From Octopus sinensis (taxonomy: Eukaryota), in assembly GCF_006345805.1 (NCBI RefSeq), contig NW_021833013.1:1-64000 (forward strand): 64,000 bases of DNA. Direction: 5' to 3'. The translations under genes were made by a program, and so were the position numbers. How positions within the stretch are numbered: position 1 is the first letter of the stretch; the number at the start of each line of letters is the position of its first letter. Below the pieces are notes generated by a model. It was not told where the DNA came from, searched no databases, and worked only from the letters and a program-made list of their open reading frames with translations. Positions 1-13,075 of the stretch are shown here, in pieces.

Positions 1-1289
1 TTTTTTTTTTTTGTTTTTCTTTCCCCCCCCCCCTTGTTTGAAGTGTTCCCGTTTTAATGAATCGTCTTTTGGTTAATTGCTTGTGTTTGCTCGTTTTTTT
101 TTTTTTTGCTCAAAAGTTTCCAGTTTCCACTTGTGTCTTCTTTTTCTTCTTCTTCTTCTTCTTTTCTTGCTTTTTTTTTTCTTTCTTTTATGGTTTTTTT
201 TTTTTTTTTGTTTTGGAGTTTCAAAAACATTTTTACTTTAGCTTTTCTCCCTCTTCCGTCTTTTGACTCTCCTTTTCCTTGTTGCAGTCACGGGACTGCG
301 GCCATGCTGGGGCATAACCTTAGAAGGGATTTATTCAAACTAATTGACCCCCACCCCCGTATTTATTTCTTGTCCCAATTTTGGTACTTATATCAGTCTC
401 TTTTGCCGAACCACTACGTTATGGAGCTGTAAACAAACCAACCCCCGTTGTCAACAGCCTGGAGGAACACTGACACACACACACACCACACACATGCACA
501 CACATTGTTTACATTACAAGAATTTAGAAACTTTGAGAGAACGTGAAATAATTTGTTTTTAACAATTGAACTTGAAGCATATAAGGCTATAAATAAATAG
601 CCTGTAAATATTAGGTTAAAATCTCTTTGGATAAAAAGTGCACGCACAAATACACACACACACAAATACACATACACACACGCACACATACTCATACACA
701 CATGCACATAAATACACACGCAGAAATACACAAATACACATACACACACACGCACATACTCATACACACATGCGCATACATACACATGCACAAATACACA
801 CACACCCACACATACATATGATGGATTTCCACAGAGTTTCTGTTTACCAAATTCCCTAGCAAGGCATTGGTTAGCTCATAGCTCTAGTAGTCAACACCTG
901 CCCAAGGTGCCTCTGGTTGGGAATGAACCTAAAACCATGAGGTTGCAAAGTCAGCCTCTTTACTATACAGCCATGCCACAGAAACTAAGAACCCAGCTCC
1001 TTGTGTCTAGATGATTTGGAGAACAGGTTTATTCTTTATATACATACATATATATACATATATATATATAACTCTATGTATATATATGTGTTTGTGTCTC
1101 TTTGCGTCTGTGTTTGTTCCTCCCCATCATCGCTTCACAACCGGTACTGGTGTGTTTGCGTCCTTGTAACTTAGCGCTATACATACATACATACATCATT
1201 GGGAAAGTATGTTTGTAAATCTTCATAGGAGTACATGGTATTATTAGACTCCAAAACAAATCGTCCATACCGTTTTTTCACTCGATATA

Positions 1290-1328
<39 letters not shown>

Positions 1329-1433
1329 ACATTTAAATAATGAGGGAGATAAATTGAATATTAATTTAATTAACATCAATTTAAAACCAGTAGCCTAGCA
1401 TACAAAAATCTGAAAAATCAGAGAAAGTTCTAT

Positions 1434-1504
1434 TACATGTGTATATTTAAAGGGCAAAAACCACTAGCACCTAGTGGTTTTTGCCCTTTGAATATACACA
1501 TGTA
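1434..1504. repeat. 71-bp hairpin (34-bp stem, CAC loop)
   Basis: One T/G mismatch; left arm belongs to a repeat also seen at about 26481-26620. Confidence 0.9.
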
Positions 1505-1511
1505 TATATAT

Positions 1512-2113
1512 TTAGGTCTCACTGAGGAAATGACTAGAGACCGAGACCTTTGGAAGTATGCTGTGCGTGAGAAGACCCGGCAGGACAAGTGAGACCATCA
1601 CCCATGGCCTCAGTCCACTTATGCATACCTTTCGTTCTTGGGACACAAAACCCTACTTGTGAAGACCTGTTGAGGCAAGTGAAAATCAAAATTGATCAAC
1701 ATCAATGGAAATTGTCACTGTGATATCAGTGCTGGTGGCACATAAGAGAACCATCCGAACATGGCTGTTGCCAGTGCCGCCCTGACTGGCACCCGTGCCG
1801 GTGGCACATAAAAAGCACCATCCGATTGTGGCCGTTTGCCAGCCTCGCCTGGCCTCCGTGCCGGTGGCACATAAAAAGCACCATCCAGCCGTGGCTGTTT
1901 GCCAGTCTCATCTGGCACCTGTGCCGGTGGCACGTAAGAAGCACCCACTACACTCATGGAGTGGTTGGCGTTAGGAAGGGCATCCAGCCGTAGAAACACT
2001 GCCAGATCAGACTGGGCCTGGTGCAGCCTTCTGGCTTCCCAGACCCCAGTTGCACCGTCCAACCCATGCCAGCATGGAAAGCGGATGCTAAACGATGATG
2101 ATGATGATGATGA
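1512..2113 (+). mobile_element. 5'-truncated RTE-like LINE: ORF2 end plus 3' UTR with about 62-bp tandem units (family C) and (GAT)n tail
   Basis: 1512-1592 reads LGLTEEMTRDRDLWKYAVREKTRQDK-stop, then the family C body ending ...AAACGATGATGATGAT. Confidence 0.75.
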
Positions 2114-2401
2114 TATAAATAAAATGTGCAATATATGGCTTCATCGAATCCTGTAGAGACTTCTTTTGTCATATATATATATATATATCAGTGGTTTTCA
2201 ACCAGGGTTCCGTGGAACCTTAGTGTTCTGACAGTATAGTCCAGGGGTTCCGCAAGAAGTTACAAAACTGCTAAAATCGGCAGTAATTTTTAATTCTCCT
2301 GTGCAGATATGTGTGCATAAGATTATTAAATTATTGCACAGGGGTTCCTTGAGCCAGTGGAATGTTTCCTTGGGGTTCCGCTATATTGTATAGTGTTTTA
2401 A
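2113..2401 (+). mobile_element. Partial copy of the hAT MITE with the same spacer sequence
   Basis: Spacer 3' part (2113-2188), MITE 2189-2381 lacking its right TIR, then spacer 5' part TATATTGTATAGTGTTTTAA. Confidence 0.8.
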
Positions 2402-2494
2402 TCCAAAATGAAGATGAACACCAGTTTCTCCATGTGATTGGATTGAAAAATTGTAAAGTAATTTTTTTTAACCTGAAAATGTGGAGCGTTATTA

Positions 2495-2740
2495 TATGGG
2501 AAAGGGCTGTCATTGAAAACGAAAGGGAAGCTGTATAGGGGTTGTGTGAGAGCTGCAATAATGATGCATGAAAGTGAGACATGGTTTTTTGAGGGAGAGA
2601 GAAATGGCAGTTTTGAAAAGGGACGAGAGGGCAATGGTGAGAGAAATGTGTTTGATAAGAGGAGGACTGAGGAGTTGATGGGGATGGTGGGGTTGGAGGA
2701 ATCAGGGGAATGGCTGGCAAGGGTGACTGGAGTGTGGTGG
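2495..2740 (+). mobile_element. Decayed internal RTE-like ORF2 fragment
   Basis: KGLSLKTKGKLYRGCVRAA..HESETW and RTEELMGMVGLEE resemble the post-RT region of RTE elements; frameshifted. Confidence 0.6.
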
Positions 2741-3715
2741 CGAGCTGGTGGAAACGTTAGCACCCCGGGGCGAAATGCTTAGCGGTATTTCGTCTGCAGT
2801 TACGTTCTGAGTTCAAATTCCGCCGAGGACGACTTTGCCTTTCATCCTTTCGGAGTCGATTAAATAAGTACCAGTTATGCACTGGGGTCGATGTAATTGA
2901 CTTAATCCGTTTGTCCCCTCTGTGTTTAGCTCCTTGTGGGTAATAAAGAAATAGGTATTTCATCTTTATGTTCTGAGTTCAAATTCCGCCGAGGTCAACT
3001 TAGCCTTTCATCCTTTCGGAGTCGATTAAATAAGTACCAGTAACGCACTGAGGTTGATATAATCGACTTAATCCGTTTGTCTGTCCTTGTTTGTCCCTTC
3101 TGTGTTTAGCCCCTTGTGGGTAGTAAAGAAATAGGTATTTTGTCAGCTGCTACGTTCTGAGTTCAAATTCCGCCGAGGTTGACTTTGCTTTTCATCCTTC
3201 CGGAGTCGATTAAATAAGTACCAGTTATGCACTGGGGTCGATGTAATCGACTTAATCCGTTTGTCTGTCCTTGTTTGTCCCCCTCTGTGTTTAGCCCCTT
3301 GTGGGTAGTAAAGAAATAGGTATTTTGTCTGTCCTTGATAGGGGGACAAACACAGACACACAAACATATACACACACATACGTATACATACATATATACG
3401 ACAGGCTTCTTTCAGTTTCCGTCTACCATATCCACTCACAAGGCATTGGTCGGCCCGGGGCTATAGCAGAGGACACTTGCCCAAGATGCCACGCAGTGGG
3501 ACTGAACCCGGAACCATGTGGTTGGTAAGCAAGCTACTTACCACAGCCACTCCTGCGCCTATTTAAGGAACAATGTTTTTTTTTGATTTTCATACTAGTT
3601 CAGTCCCACTGTGTGACACCTTGGGCAAGTGTTTTTGCTTCTAGCCTTGAGCAGACGAAAGCCTTGTGAGTGGATTTGGTAGATAGAAACTGAAAAGACG
3701 AGCCTGATATATATA

Positions 3716-4105
3716 CTAGCAGTATCGCCCGGCATTGCTTGGGTTTGTTTCGACCCTTTAGAATTGGAATTTTTGAAAAGTAAAAATTTTGCATTATGTA
3801 GCTTGTTATTCTCTTTAAGTGAACATTTTTCTGGTTGAAATACACTGAAAAATGGAGACACAGCAGTCAAAAATCGTAAAAAACAGGGATTTTCATTAAA
3901 AAAAGCACCTTTTTGATGTAAATAATTTTTGGTGTTAACATGGTCTGATTTGAATTTTTTCTTCTATGGAAGGAAGAGGAAGCCTTCTTCCATCGTACTC
4001 TCAATTTTGGTCAAATTGCACCGCAGGGTGTCGGAGGAGATAGCGTTACATGAAGGCTACCAAACCTGCCATACACAGACAACTTCAGCTTTATATATAT
4101 AGAGA
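3716..4105 (-). mobile_element. Non-autonomous Helitron-type element
   Basis: On minus strand: A|TC 5' end (4105-4104), subterminal hairpin and CTAG|T 3' end (3716), no TSD. Homologous to about 57150-57535. Confidence 0.8.
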
Positions 4106-4145
4106 TATATGTATTCATATATTCATACGTGTATGTATGTGTATC

Positions 4146-4188
<43 letters not shown>

Positions 4189-4626
4189 ATTTTTATGTAT
4201 ATATATATGTGTGTGTGTGTGTGTCTGTACTTGTTTTCCCACCATCACTTGAAAACCGCTGTTGGTGTGTTTACATCCCCATAACCTAGCAGTTCGACAA
4301 AAGAGACCACTAGAATAAGTACTAGGGCTTACAAAGAAGTTGTCCTAGGGTCAGTTTGTTTGACTAAAGGTGGTACTCCAGCATGGCCACAATGAAATGA
4401 TCGAAACAAGTGAAAGTGAAATTGAGGGATGTTGAGTGGTGGTCATGTTTGGAGTGTGTGTTTGTTTTCTCTCTTTTATATTTTTGCTTATTTAATTGCT
4501 CCTTTTTTTTATTGTTGTTTTTGCCCCTGCATGCTCAATAATGTAGAGACATCGTAATTCTTGTTTGTTTATTTTTTTGTTAATTGCCCCCACTTTTTGT
4601 TTTGATTTACTTACTCTTTCTCTCTC

Positions 4627-4834
4627 TTTTACTCTTTTACTTGTTTCAGTCATTTGACTACGGCTATGCTGGAGCACCGCCTTTAGTCGAGCAAATCGAC
4701 CCCGGGACTTATTCTTTTTGTAAGCCCAGTCCTTATTCTATCGGTCTCTTTTGCCGAACCGCTAAGTGACGGGGACGTAAACACACCAGCATCGGTTGTC
4801 AAGCAATGCTAGGGGGACAAACACAAACACACAA

Positions 4835-4865
<31 letters not shown>

Positions 4866-5041
4866 CACATATATACAACAGGCTTCTTTCAGTTTCCGTC
4901 TACCAAATCCACTCACAAGGCCTTGGTCGACCCGAGGCTATAGAAGAAGACACTTGCCCAAGGTGCCACACAGTGGGACTGAACCCGGAACCATGTGGTT
5001 GGTTAGCAAGCTACTTACCACACAGCCACTCCTGTGCCTAT
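4627..5041 (-). mobile_element. Bipartite tRNA-derived SINE B-D with internal (TA/CA)n microsatellite
   Basis: Head TGGCTGTGTGG / GGTTCAGTCCC, CORE-like ACCTTGGGCAAGTG (from memory), microsatellite, then D half ending CAGTCAAATGACTGAAACAAGTAAAAG. Other copies about 10872-11255(+), 22495-22885(-), 26775-27090(+), 31445-31800(-), 41801-42170(+), 56040-56400(-), 59735-60118(-). Confidence 0.85.
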
Positions 5042-5692
5042 TTTAACACTAAATACCCTTAAGGATTTGCACTGGCTTGTCAATGCCGGAGACACCTACA
5101 TGGTAACAGCATCAGGGGTAGAAATAGCAGCCAAATCTCCCTTGAATCACACACTAGGGCCGTATGTATATAAGACAGTGAAAGAAACTTCTATATGGTA
5201 GCTATATCTCCAAGAAATAGCAGCTAGGTCTCTCTCAAATCACACCCTATTGTCTTGTGTCTGCATATATGTTTATATGAACTAGTAAAGGAGCAGTGCC
5301 GCCTCGACTAGCTTCCGTGCCGGTGGCGCGTAAAATACACCAATCCGACCGTGGCCGTTGCCAGCCTCGCCTGGCACCTGTGCAGGTGGCACGTAAAAAG
5401 CACCCACTACACTCACGGAGTGGTTGGCGTTGGGAAGGGCATCCAGCTGTAGAAACATTGCCAGATAAGACCGGAGCCTGGTGCAGCCTTCTGGCTTCCC
5501 AGATCCCCGGTCGAACCGTCCAACCCATGCTAGCATGGAGAACGGACGTTAAACGATGATGATGATGATGATGATATGCAGCACGGATTTTTGTCAGTGA
5601 ACAGGTCGCGTTCTTAACGCGCTGAAAAAATATTTTGACAAATTAAACTTAAATGTTGAAGTAAATCGAACGGCTTTTGTGTGTTTCTTAAA

Positions 5693-5998
5693 TCTTTATA
5701 TATAAAATTCAAGTTGTGTGTGTGAGACTCTGTCTCCTCCGATTTAGATTCCTAACTACTCCCACATTTTGCGGTGCAGTTTAACCAAAAGCGGGTATCT
5801 TATAGTCGTGATTCATATCGACCCCTTCTGGGTATTAGCGCGTGTCTATGATGAGTCTACAATTTAAAAAAAAATTACCATCATTTTTTCCCATTTTTAA
5901 TGCATTCTTTTGCTATTACATAAGGGAAGTAACTCTCTAAAAATGCTTATATAGTTATTTCCCTTACAAACCTGAGCAACGCCGGGCGATACTGCTAG
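5693..5998 (+). mobile_element. Non-autonomous Helitron-type element, different internal sequence
   Basis: A|TCTTTATATATAAA start; CCTGAGCAACGCCGGG at 5971-5986; CTAG|T end at 5998. Confidence 0.75.
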
Positions 5999-6452
5999 TG
6001 GCTTATAAAACACCTTCCACGCTGCGATTGTTTTCATTTCATTACACGATCTCAGATCAAGTCACTTGCTATGCAAGTACATCTCCGTAAAATAAATATA
6101 AATTTTTTGAAAGAATTATTATAGATGCAAAGCTCAGGTTTGGTCTTTTCCCTGGTAGGATTTATGTGGTAGTGGCTTGCTACCTGTAACCTTAGGTTTC
6201 CACATGTTTTCAGCGGTCTTTCAAGTGCTTAGAGCCCTCCTGATAATCCTTGCTGTCCGTAAGGGGCAAACTACCAAACATTCTAATTCAATCCCCTTCG
6301 GCCATTTGTCTATATCTCGGCTTACTGTTCCCAATGCACCAATTAATATAAGCAAGACCTTCTATCGGTCTCTTTTGCCGAACCGTTAAGTGACGGGGAC
6401 GTAAACACACCAGCATCGGTTGTCAAGCGATGTTGGGGGGACAAACACAGAT

Positions 6453-6494
<42 letters not shown>

Positions 6495-6624
6495 GCATAT
6501 ATACGACGGGCTTCTTTCAGTTTCCGTCTACCAAATCCACTCACAGGGCTGGCTATTGACAACCGGTGATTGTCATATGCTAGGCCACTGGTTTTAATTG
6601 ATTAATATCAGTTTCTACCCTTAT

Positions 6625-6668
<44 letters not shown>

Positions 6669-6765
6669 CACACACACACACACATATCAAAAGAAACTTG
6701 TTTCTTAAATTCATCGTTAATCTTTCTCTCTTTTTCCATTCTGGTTCTTCTTCCGAACCCTCCAG

Positions 6766-6832
6766 TGTCAAAGAACGCCTGAAGGAGATACTGAACCAAG
6801 ACCGTGATTTCAACGAGGCTGACTATACAAAG
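6766..6832 (+). CDS. PPIP5K: PPIP5K exon a (67 nt, phase 2 to 0): [22 protein letters not shown]
   Basis: tccag acceptor, AG|gtaaga donor; resembles human [22 protein letters not shown]. Confidence 0.95.
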
Positions 6833-9800
6833 GTAAGAACGATTCCTCTTCATTCAAAAAAAAAAAAGAAAAAATTGTTGATTCCTGAAGGGAATTCAAT
6901 AGAGACAAAGAATTCCAAGAAACAAAATCTAAATTCCTCGGTGTTGATAGACTTAGTTGTATGCAGGGCTGTGGAGTCAGAATTGGAATCATGGAATCAG
7001 AATCGGAAACAATTAAGGGGTAGCTGGAGTCAGGGATGTAAACAAACCAACACCATTTGTCATCATCATCATCATTGTTTAAAGTCCGCTTTCCATGCTG
7101 TAATAGGTTGGACAGTTTTACAGAGGACTAGTAATCCAGGAAGCTGCACCAGGCTCCAGTCTGTTCTGGTAAGGTTTCAACAGCTGGGTGCCCTTCCTAA
7201 CGCCAACCACTCCGAGAATGTAGTGGGTGCTTTTTGTGTGCCACCAGCACAGGGGCCAGTCAAGCGGTACTGGCATTGATCATTGATCATTGAAGGCAGC
7301 GAGCTGGCAGAAGGGTTAGCACGCCGGGCGAAATGCCTTGCGGTATTTCATCTGCCGCTACGTTCTGAGTTCAAATTCCGCCGAGGTCGACTTTGCCTTT
7401 CAACCTTTCGGGCTCGATAAATTAAGTACCAGTTACGCACTGGGGTCGATATAATCGACTCAATCCGTTTGTCCGTCCTTGTTTGTCCCCTCTGTGTGTA
7501 GCCCCTTGTGGTCAGCAAAGAAATAGGTACTGGCATTGATCATGCTCGAATGGTGCTCTTTACATGGCACTGGCAATAGCCACAGCAATGATTTCACTTT
7601 ACTCAACAGGTCTTCTCAAGCAACCCAACAGCCTTGTATGTGTGTATTCTTTATAGGGGTCGTCCTGTCTTATTTTCTTGCACCAAAATACAGGACCTGA
7701 AGAGGTTTCCTCAAACTCCCTTTCCAAAGGACTTACATTGTATTGTTTTTTTTTTTTTTTCTTTTTTTTTGTACTTAAAACAGCTTGCGGCTACTGGAAG
7801 TATATCGATTCAAAATGCCATGAAGTTTGTACAGAATCCCCGCAAAATGTGTGAGAAAGTTCATGATATGGTGAAGGAGATAACCACGAAAATCCGCTCC
7901 CTGAAATTAGAACTCAAAACCCGTGGTAAGTGAGTTTGTCACTATCGCCACCACCTCTGCCAACACCGCTACCACTACCACCACAAACCTGCATCCTTAT
8001 CATTGCTGCCACCGTCACCCCCGCCACAACCGTCACCCCTCCACCACCGTCACCCCCACCGTCACCCCACCCCCACCGTCACCCCGCCCCCACCGTCACC
8101 CCGCCACCACCGTCACCCCCGCCACCACCGTCACCCCCGCCACCACCGTCACCCCCGGCCACCACCATCACCCCCACCACCACCGTCACCCCCACCACTA
8201 CCGTCACCCACCCCCCAGCACTACCATCACCCCAGCCACCACCATCACACCTGCCACCACCGTCACCCCCGCCACCACCATCACCCCCGCCACCACCGTC
8301 AACCGTCCACTGCTGCTGCTGCTGCTACCTGCATTAACAACGCTACTACTGCTGGTACAACAACCATCACTGCCACCACTACCACTGCCACGTGCACCAC
8401 TAACACAGCCATTAACACCAAGACCATCACAACCACTACAACTACCACCCTTACCAATACTACACACAGCCACTCCTACCACTGCCGCCTTTGGCCACTC
8501 CCAATACCAACTCCACGGCCACCATTACCAATACTACACACAGCCACTCCTACCGCCTTTAGCCACTCCCACTACCAACTCCATGGCCACCCTTACCAAT
8601 ACTACACACATCCACTCCGACCACTGCCGCCTTTGGCCACTCCCAATACCAACTCCACGGCCACCCTTACCAATACTACACACAGCCACTCCTACCGCCT
8701 TTAGCCACTCCCACTACCAACTCCATGGCCACCCTTACCAATACTACACACAGCCACTCCCACCACTGCCGCCTTTGGCCACTCCCAATACCAACTCCAT
8801 GGCCACCCTTACCAATACTACACACAGCCACTCCTACCACCGCCGCCTTTGGCCACTCCTACCACCACCGCCTTTGGCCACTCCCAATACCAACTCCACG
8901 GCCACCCTTACCAATACTACACACAGCCACTCCTACCACCACCGCCTTTGGCCACTCCCACTGCTACTACACAGTCACTTTTACCACCACAGTCTGGTCA
9001 CGCCCCATTCCTCTCACCACCACTGCTCACCTCAATCTTCCTCATTGAAGTTTTCACTATTCCAGAACTGAAGTTGTACCATGGTGAATCCTGGGAGTTG
9101 CTCATTCGTCGATGGGCGAAACTCGAGAAGGACTTCAAGACGAAGCAGGGCCTGTTTGACGTTAGCAAGATTCCCGACATCTACGACTGTATCAAGTACG
9201 ACTTACAACACAACCACCGCACACTGCAGTACGAACGGGCCGAAGAACTTTTCAACTGTTCAAAAGCTCTCGCAGACATTGTCATCCCTCAGGTACGTTG
9301 TTGTTGTTATTTAGCCCTGACCACCCCCACGTCTGTCCTGATCCTCTAGGCCTATGGTCTAAGGAAAACCATTTGTGACCATTCCATCTGTTATTCTGGC
9401 ACAGTATATCTAGGACTACATTATCTAGTGTGTCCTTTGTTGTTGCTGTTTACCTCCAGGTCTGCCTTGACCTAGTAGACCTGTGCACCAAGCTGTTCCA
9501 TTTGTGACCATTCCATCTGTTATTCAGGCACAGTGTATCTAGGACTACATTATCTAGTGTGTCCTTTGTTGTTGCTGTTTACCTCCAGGTCTGCCTTGAC
9601 CTAGTAGACCTGTGCACCAAGCTGTTCCATTTGTGACCATTCCATCTGTTATTCAGGCACAGTGTATCTAGGACTACATTATCTAGTGTGTCCTTTGTTG
9701 TTGCTGTTTACCTCCAGGTCTGCCTTGACCTAGTAGACCTGTGCACCAAGCTGTTCCATTTGTGACCATTCCATCTGTTATTCAGGCACAGTGTATCTAG

Positions 9801-12800
9801 GACTACATTATCTAATGTGTCGTTCTTTATTGTTGCTGTTTAACCCCAGGTTAGTCCTGATCCTGCAGTTTTATGATCAGTGCTATTCCAGCTGTGACCA
9901 TCCTGTCGTTTATTCAGACATAGTGTATCTAAGACTACATTATCTAATGTGTCCTTTATTGTTGTTTAGTCCTGATCCTGCAGACCTATGATCAAAGCCG
10001 TTCCATCTGTGGCCATCCTGTCTTTTATCCTGGCATAGTGTATCTAGGACTACATTATCAAATGTGTCCTTCTTTGTTGTTGCTTAGTCCTGATCCAGCA
10101 GGCCTATGATCAAAGCCGTTCCATCTGTGGCCATCCTGTCTTTTATTCTGGCATAGTGTATCTAGGACTACATCATCAAATGTGTCCTTCTTTGTTGTTG
10201 CTTAGTCCTGATCCATCAGGCCTGTGATCAAAGCCATTCCCTCTGTGGCCATCCTGTCTTTTATTCTGGCATAGTGTATCTAGGACTACATTATCTAATG
10301 TCTCCTTCCTTGTTCTTGTTTATCCACAGGTCAGCACTGACATAGTAGACCTATGATCGAAGGTGCTCCAGCTGTGCCTGTCCCGTTTTTGGTTCCAGCC
10401 ATCCTCCAGTGCATGACCCCCAATATTTTTATATATCTATTTCTGTTTCTAGGAATACGGTATTACCAGGGAAGAGAAGCTACAAATTGGCCAAAGCCTG
10501 TGCACACCATTGTTGAGGAAAATACAAAGTGATCTCCAGCAGTGTCTGAATTTCGGTCAAGAAGAAACCACTCGTTTGGACTCTCGGTAAGTGAAGGGCA
10601 TGGTGATGTGATCTTGGCCCTAGCCATTCAACCTTAAGTCCTCTACGTGGGTCACTACTTCCTAACTTGTTTAAGGGGCCGCCTCCATGAGGAATTCATC
10701 CAGAAGACAATAGCATCAGATCTAACCCTGGATTAGTGTAAGTGAAGAGGTGCTCACAACAGTCAGAGCCGATATGGAGCTTGTTTCTAACCCTTGAGTC
10801 TTTGCCATTCACCATCAAGTCCTCTATGTGGGTCACTACTTCCTAACTTGTTTAAGGGGCCGCCTCCATGATGTGGTAAGTAGCTTGCTTACCAACCACA
10901 TGCTTCCGGGTTCAGTCCCACTGCGTGGCACCTTGGGCAAGTGTCTTCTACTATAGCCTCGGGCCAACCAAAGCCTTGTGAGTGGATTTGGTAGACGGAA
11001 ACTGAAAGAAGCCCGTCGCATATATGTATATATATATATATATATGTGCGCATGTGTTTGTTCCCCTAACATTGCTTGACAACCGATGCTGGTGTGTTTA
11101 CGTCCCCATAACTTAGCGGTTTGGCAAAAGAGACCGATAGAATAAGTACTGGGCTTACAAAAAGAATAAGTCCCGGGGTCGATTTGCTCGACTAAAGGTG
11201 GTGCTCCAGCATGGCCGCAGTCAAATGACTGAAACAAGTAAAAGAGTAAAAAGAGAGTAATATGTTTGTTATATACATCTTTGTTATTCTGGAAAAGGGT
11301 ACACACACACACACACACACACACACGCATTCATACCTATTTCTCCCAAATGCTACGACTGATATGAACGTCGTTATTTTCTTTTACAGGTATTCAAAAG
11401 GTGTTGCGTCCCCACAGAGGTTTGTAAGAACTCGTCTCTACTTCACCAGCGAGAGCCACATCCATTCCTTGCTGTCAATGATTCGTTATGGAGGATTGTG
11501 TGATGTAAGTGTGTGTGTTTGTGTATTTTTCTATATGTGTGTGCGTGTGTTGTTTCCATAAGTGCTTTATCTCTGTTGCTTTCAGTAATTTTTAATGTAT
11601 TCAAGAAGCCTTATTGCATTTTCTCGTGTTTCATTTTACCTTCAGGTTTTGCTAACTGCTTACCTTTTGTTTCTGTTCTGCTCCCCCTGCCACTGTATCC
11701 ATTTGATTTGGAAGCACTCCGTCGGTTACGACGGCGAGGGTTCCGGTTGATCCGAATCAACGGAACAGCCTGCTCGTGAAATTAACGTGCAAGTGGCTGA
11801 GCACTCCACAGACACGTGCACCCTTAACGTAGTTCTCGGGGATATTCAGCATGACACAGAGAGTGACAAGACCAGCCCCTTGAAATACAGGTACAACAGA
11901 AACAGGAAGTAAGAGTGAGAGAAAGTTGTGGTGAAAGAGTACAGCAGGGATCACCACCATCCCCTGCCGGAGCCTCGTGGAGCTTTAGGTGTTTTCGCTC
12001 AATAAACACTCACAACGCCTGGTCTGGGAATCGAAACCGCGATCCTATGACCGCTGCCCTAACCACTGGGCCATTGCGCCTCCACCCATTTGATTTATTC
12101 CTCTGTATAACACTATTTAATTCTCTCTTCCTCTTTCACCTTTCTCTTTCCACATGACTTATTTTATCATGTTACCTCTCTAAATTTTCTTAATTTCACA
12201 CTACTTTCTTGTTCCATGTCTACCCCACTCACTCTTTCAGCCATACTTATTTGTCTGCCTGTCTAGCTTCCAGGTTCTCTTTCCCTTTCTATCTCTCTCT
12301 CTCTCCCCCGTTCAGAATTACCACTGGTCTTTTCACATTAGAGTACAACAGAGTACGTTCTGAGTTCAAATTCCGCCGAGGTCGACTTTGCCTTTCATCC
12401 TTTCGGGGTTGATTAAATTAGTACCAGTTACGCACTGTGGTCGATACAATCTACTTAATCCGTTTGTCCTTGTTTGTCCCTTCTTTGTTTAGCCCCTTGT
12501 GGGTAGTAAAGAAATAGGTATTTGAAACAGTGAGAAAGCTATATTAAGTGTTGTTCACTCTGTCTCTCTCTCTTTTGCAGGAAATAAAAGACGAACAGTG
12601 GCGCCGTGCCATGGAATACATCAGTTCCACAGGGGAGTTGAACTACATGACTCAAATAGTCATCATGATGTTCGAAGACCCTAAAAAGGTATTGACAGCT
12701 ACATGTTCCTTTTGTGTGTGTGTTTGTGTGTAAATATTTCGGTTGATGTCAGTGTTTAGCCCTAGGTCAGATTGGATCAAGAAGACGTGCGATCAAAACC

Positions 12801-13029
12801 AAGTGTGACTATCTCGTCTTCTTCACATTTGCAGATAATCCAGGACTGCATTATGCAATGTGTTCTGTTCCAAGAAAGTCAGATGTGATTTGAGGGAGAT
12901 TTTCTGGCTATTTCTATCAGGTCCAGCTACTGTGTACAGGTCTCCCTTATTCGCTCACACACACACACACCTATACAGTCAAGTTTTGACAGCTATCTCT
13001 AGCATGGTGGTATCTTTTAGATACCCTTA

Positions 13030-13075
<46 letters not shown>

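Noticed and set aside
1-265. F/S-rich ORFs at the window start
   Set aside because: T-homopolymer low-complexity sequence, possibly of low base quality.
7923-9071. Pro/Thr/His-rich ORFs resembling mucin or extensin
   Set aside because: C-rich minisatellite inside a GT-AG intron; all three frames are similarly open.
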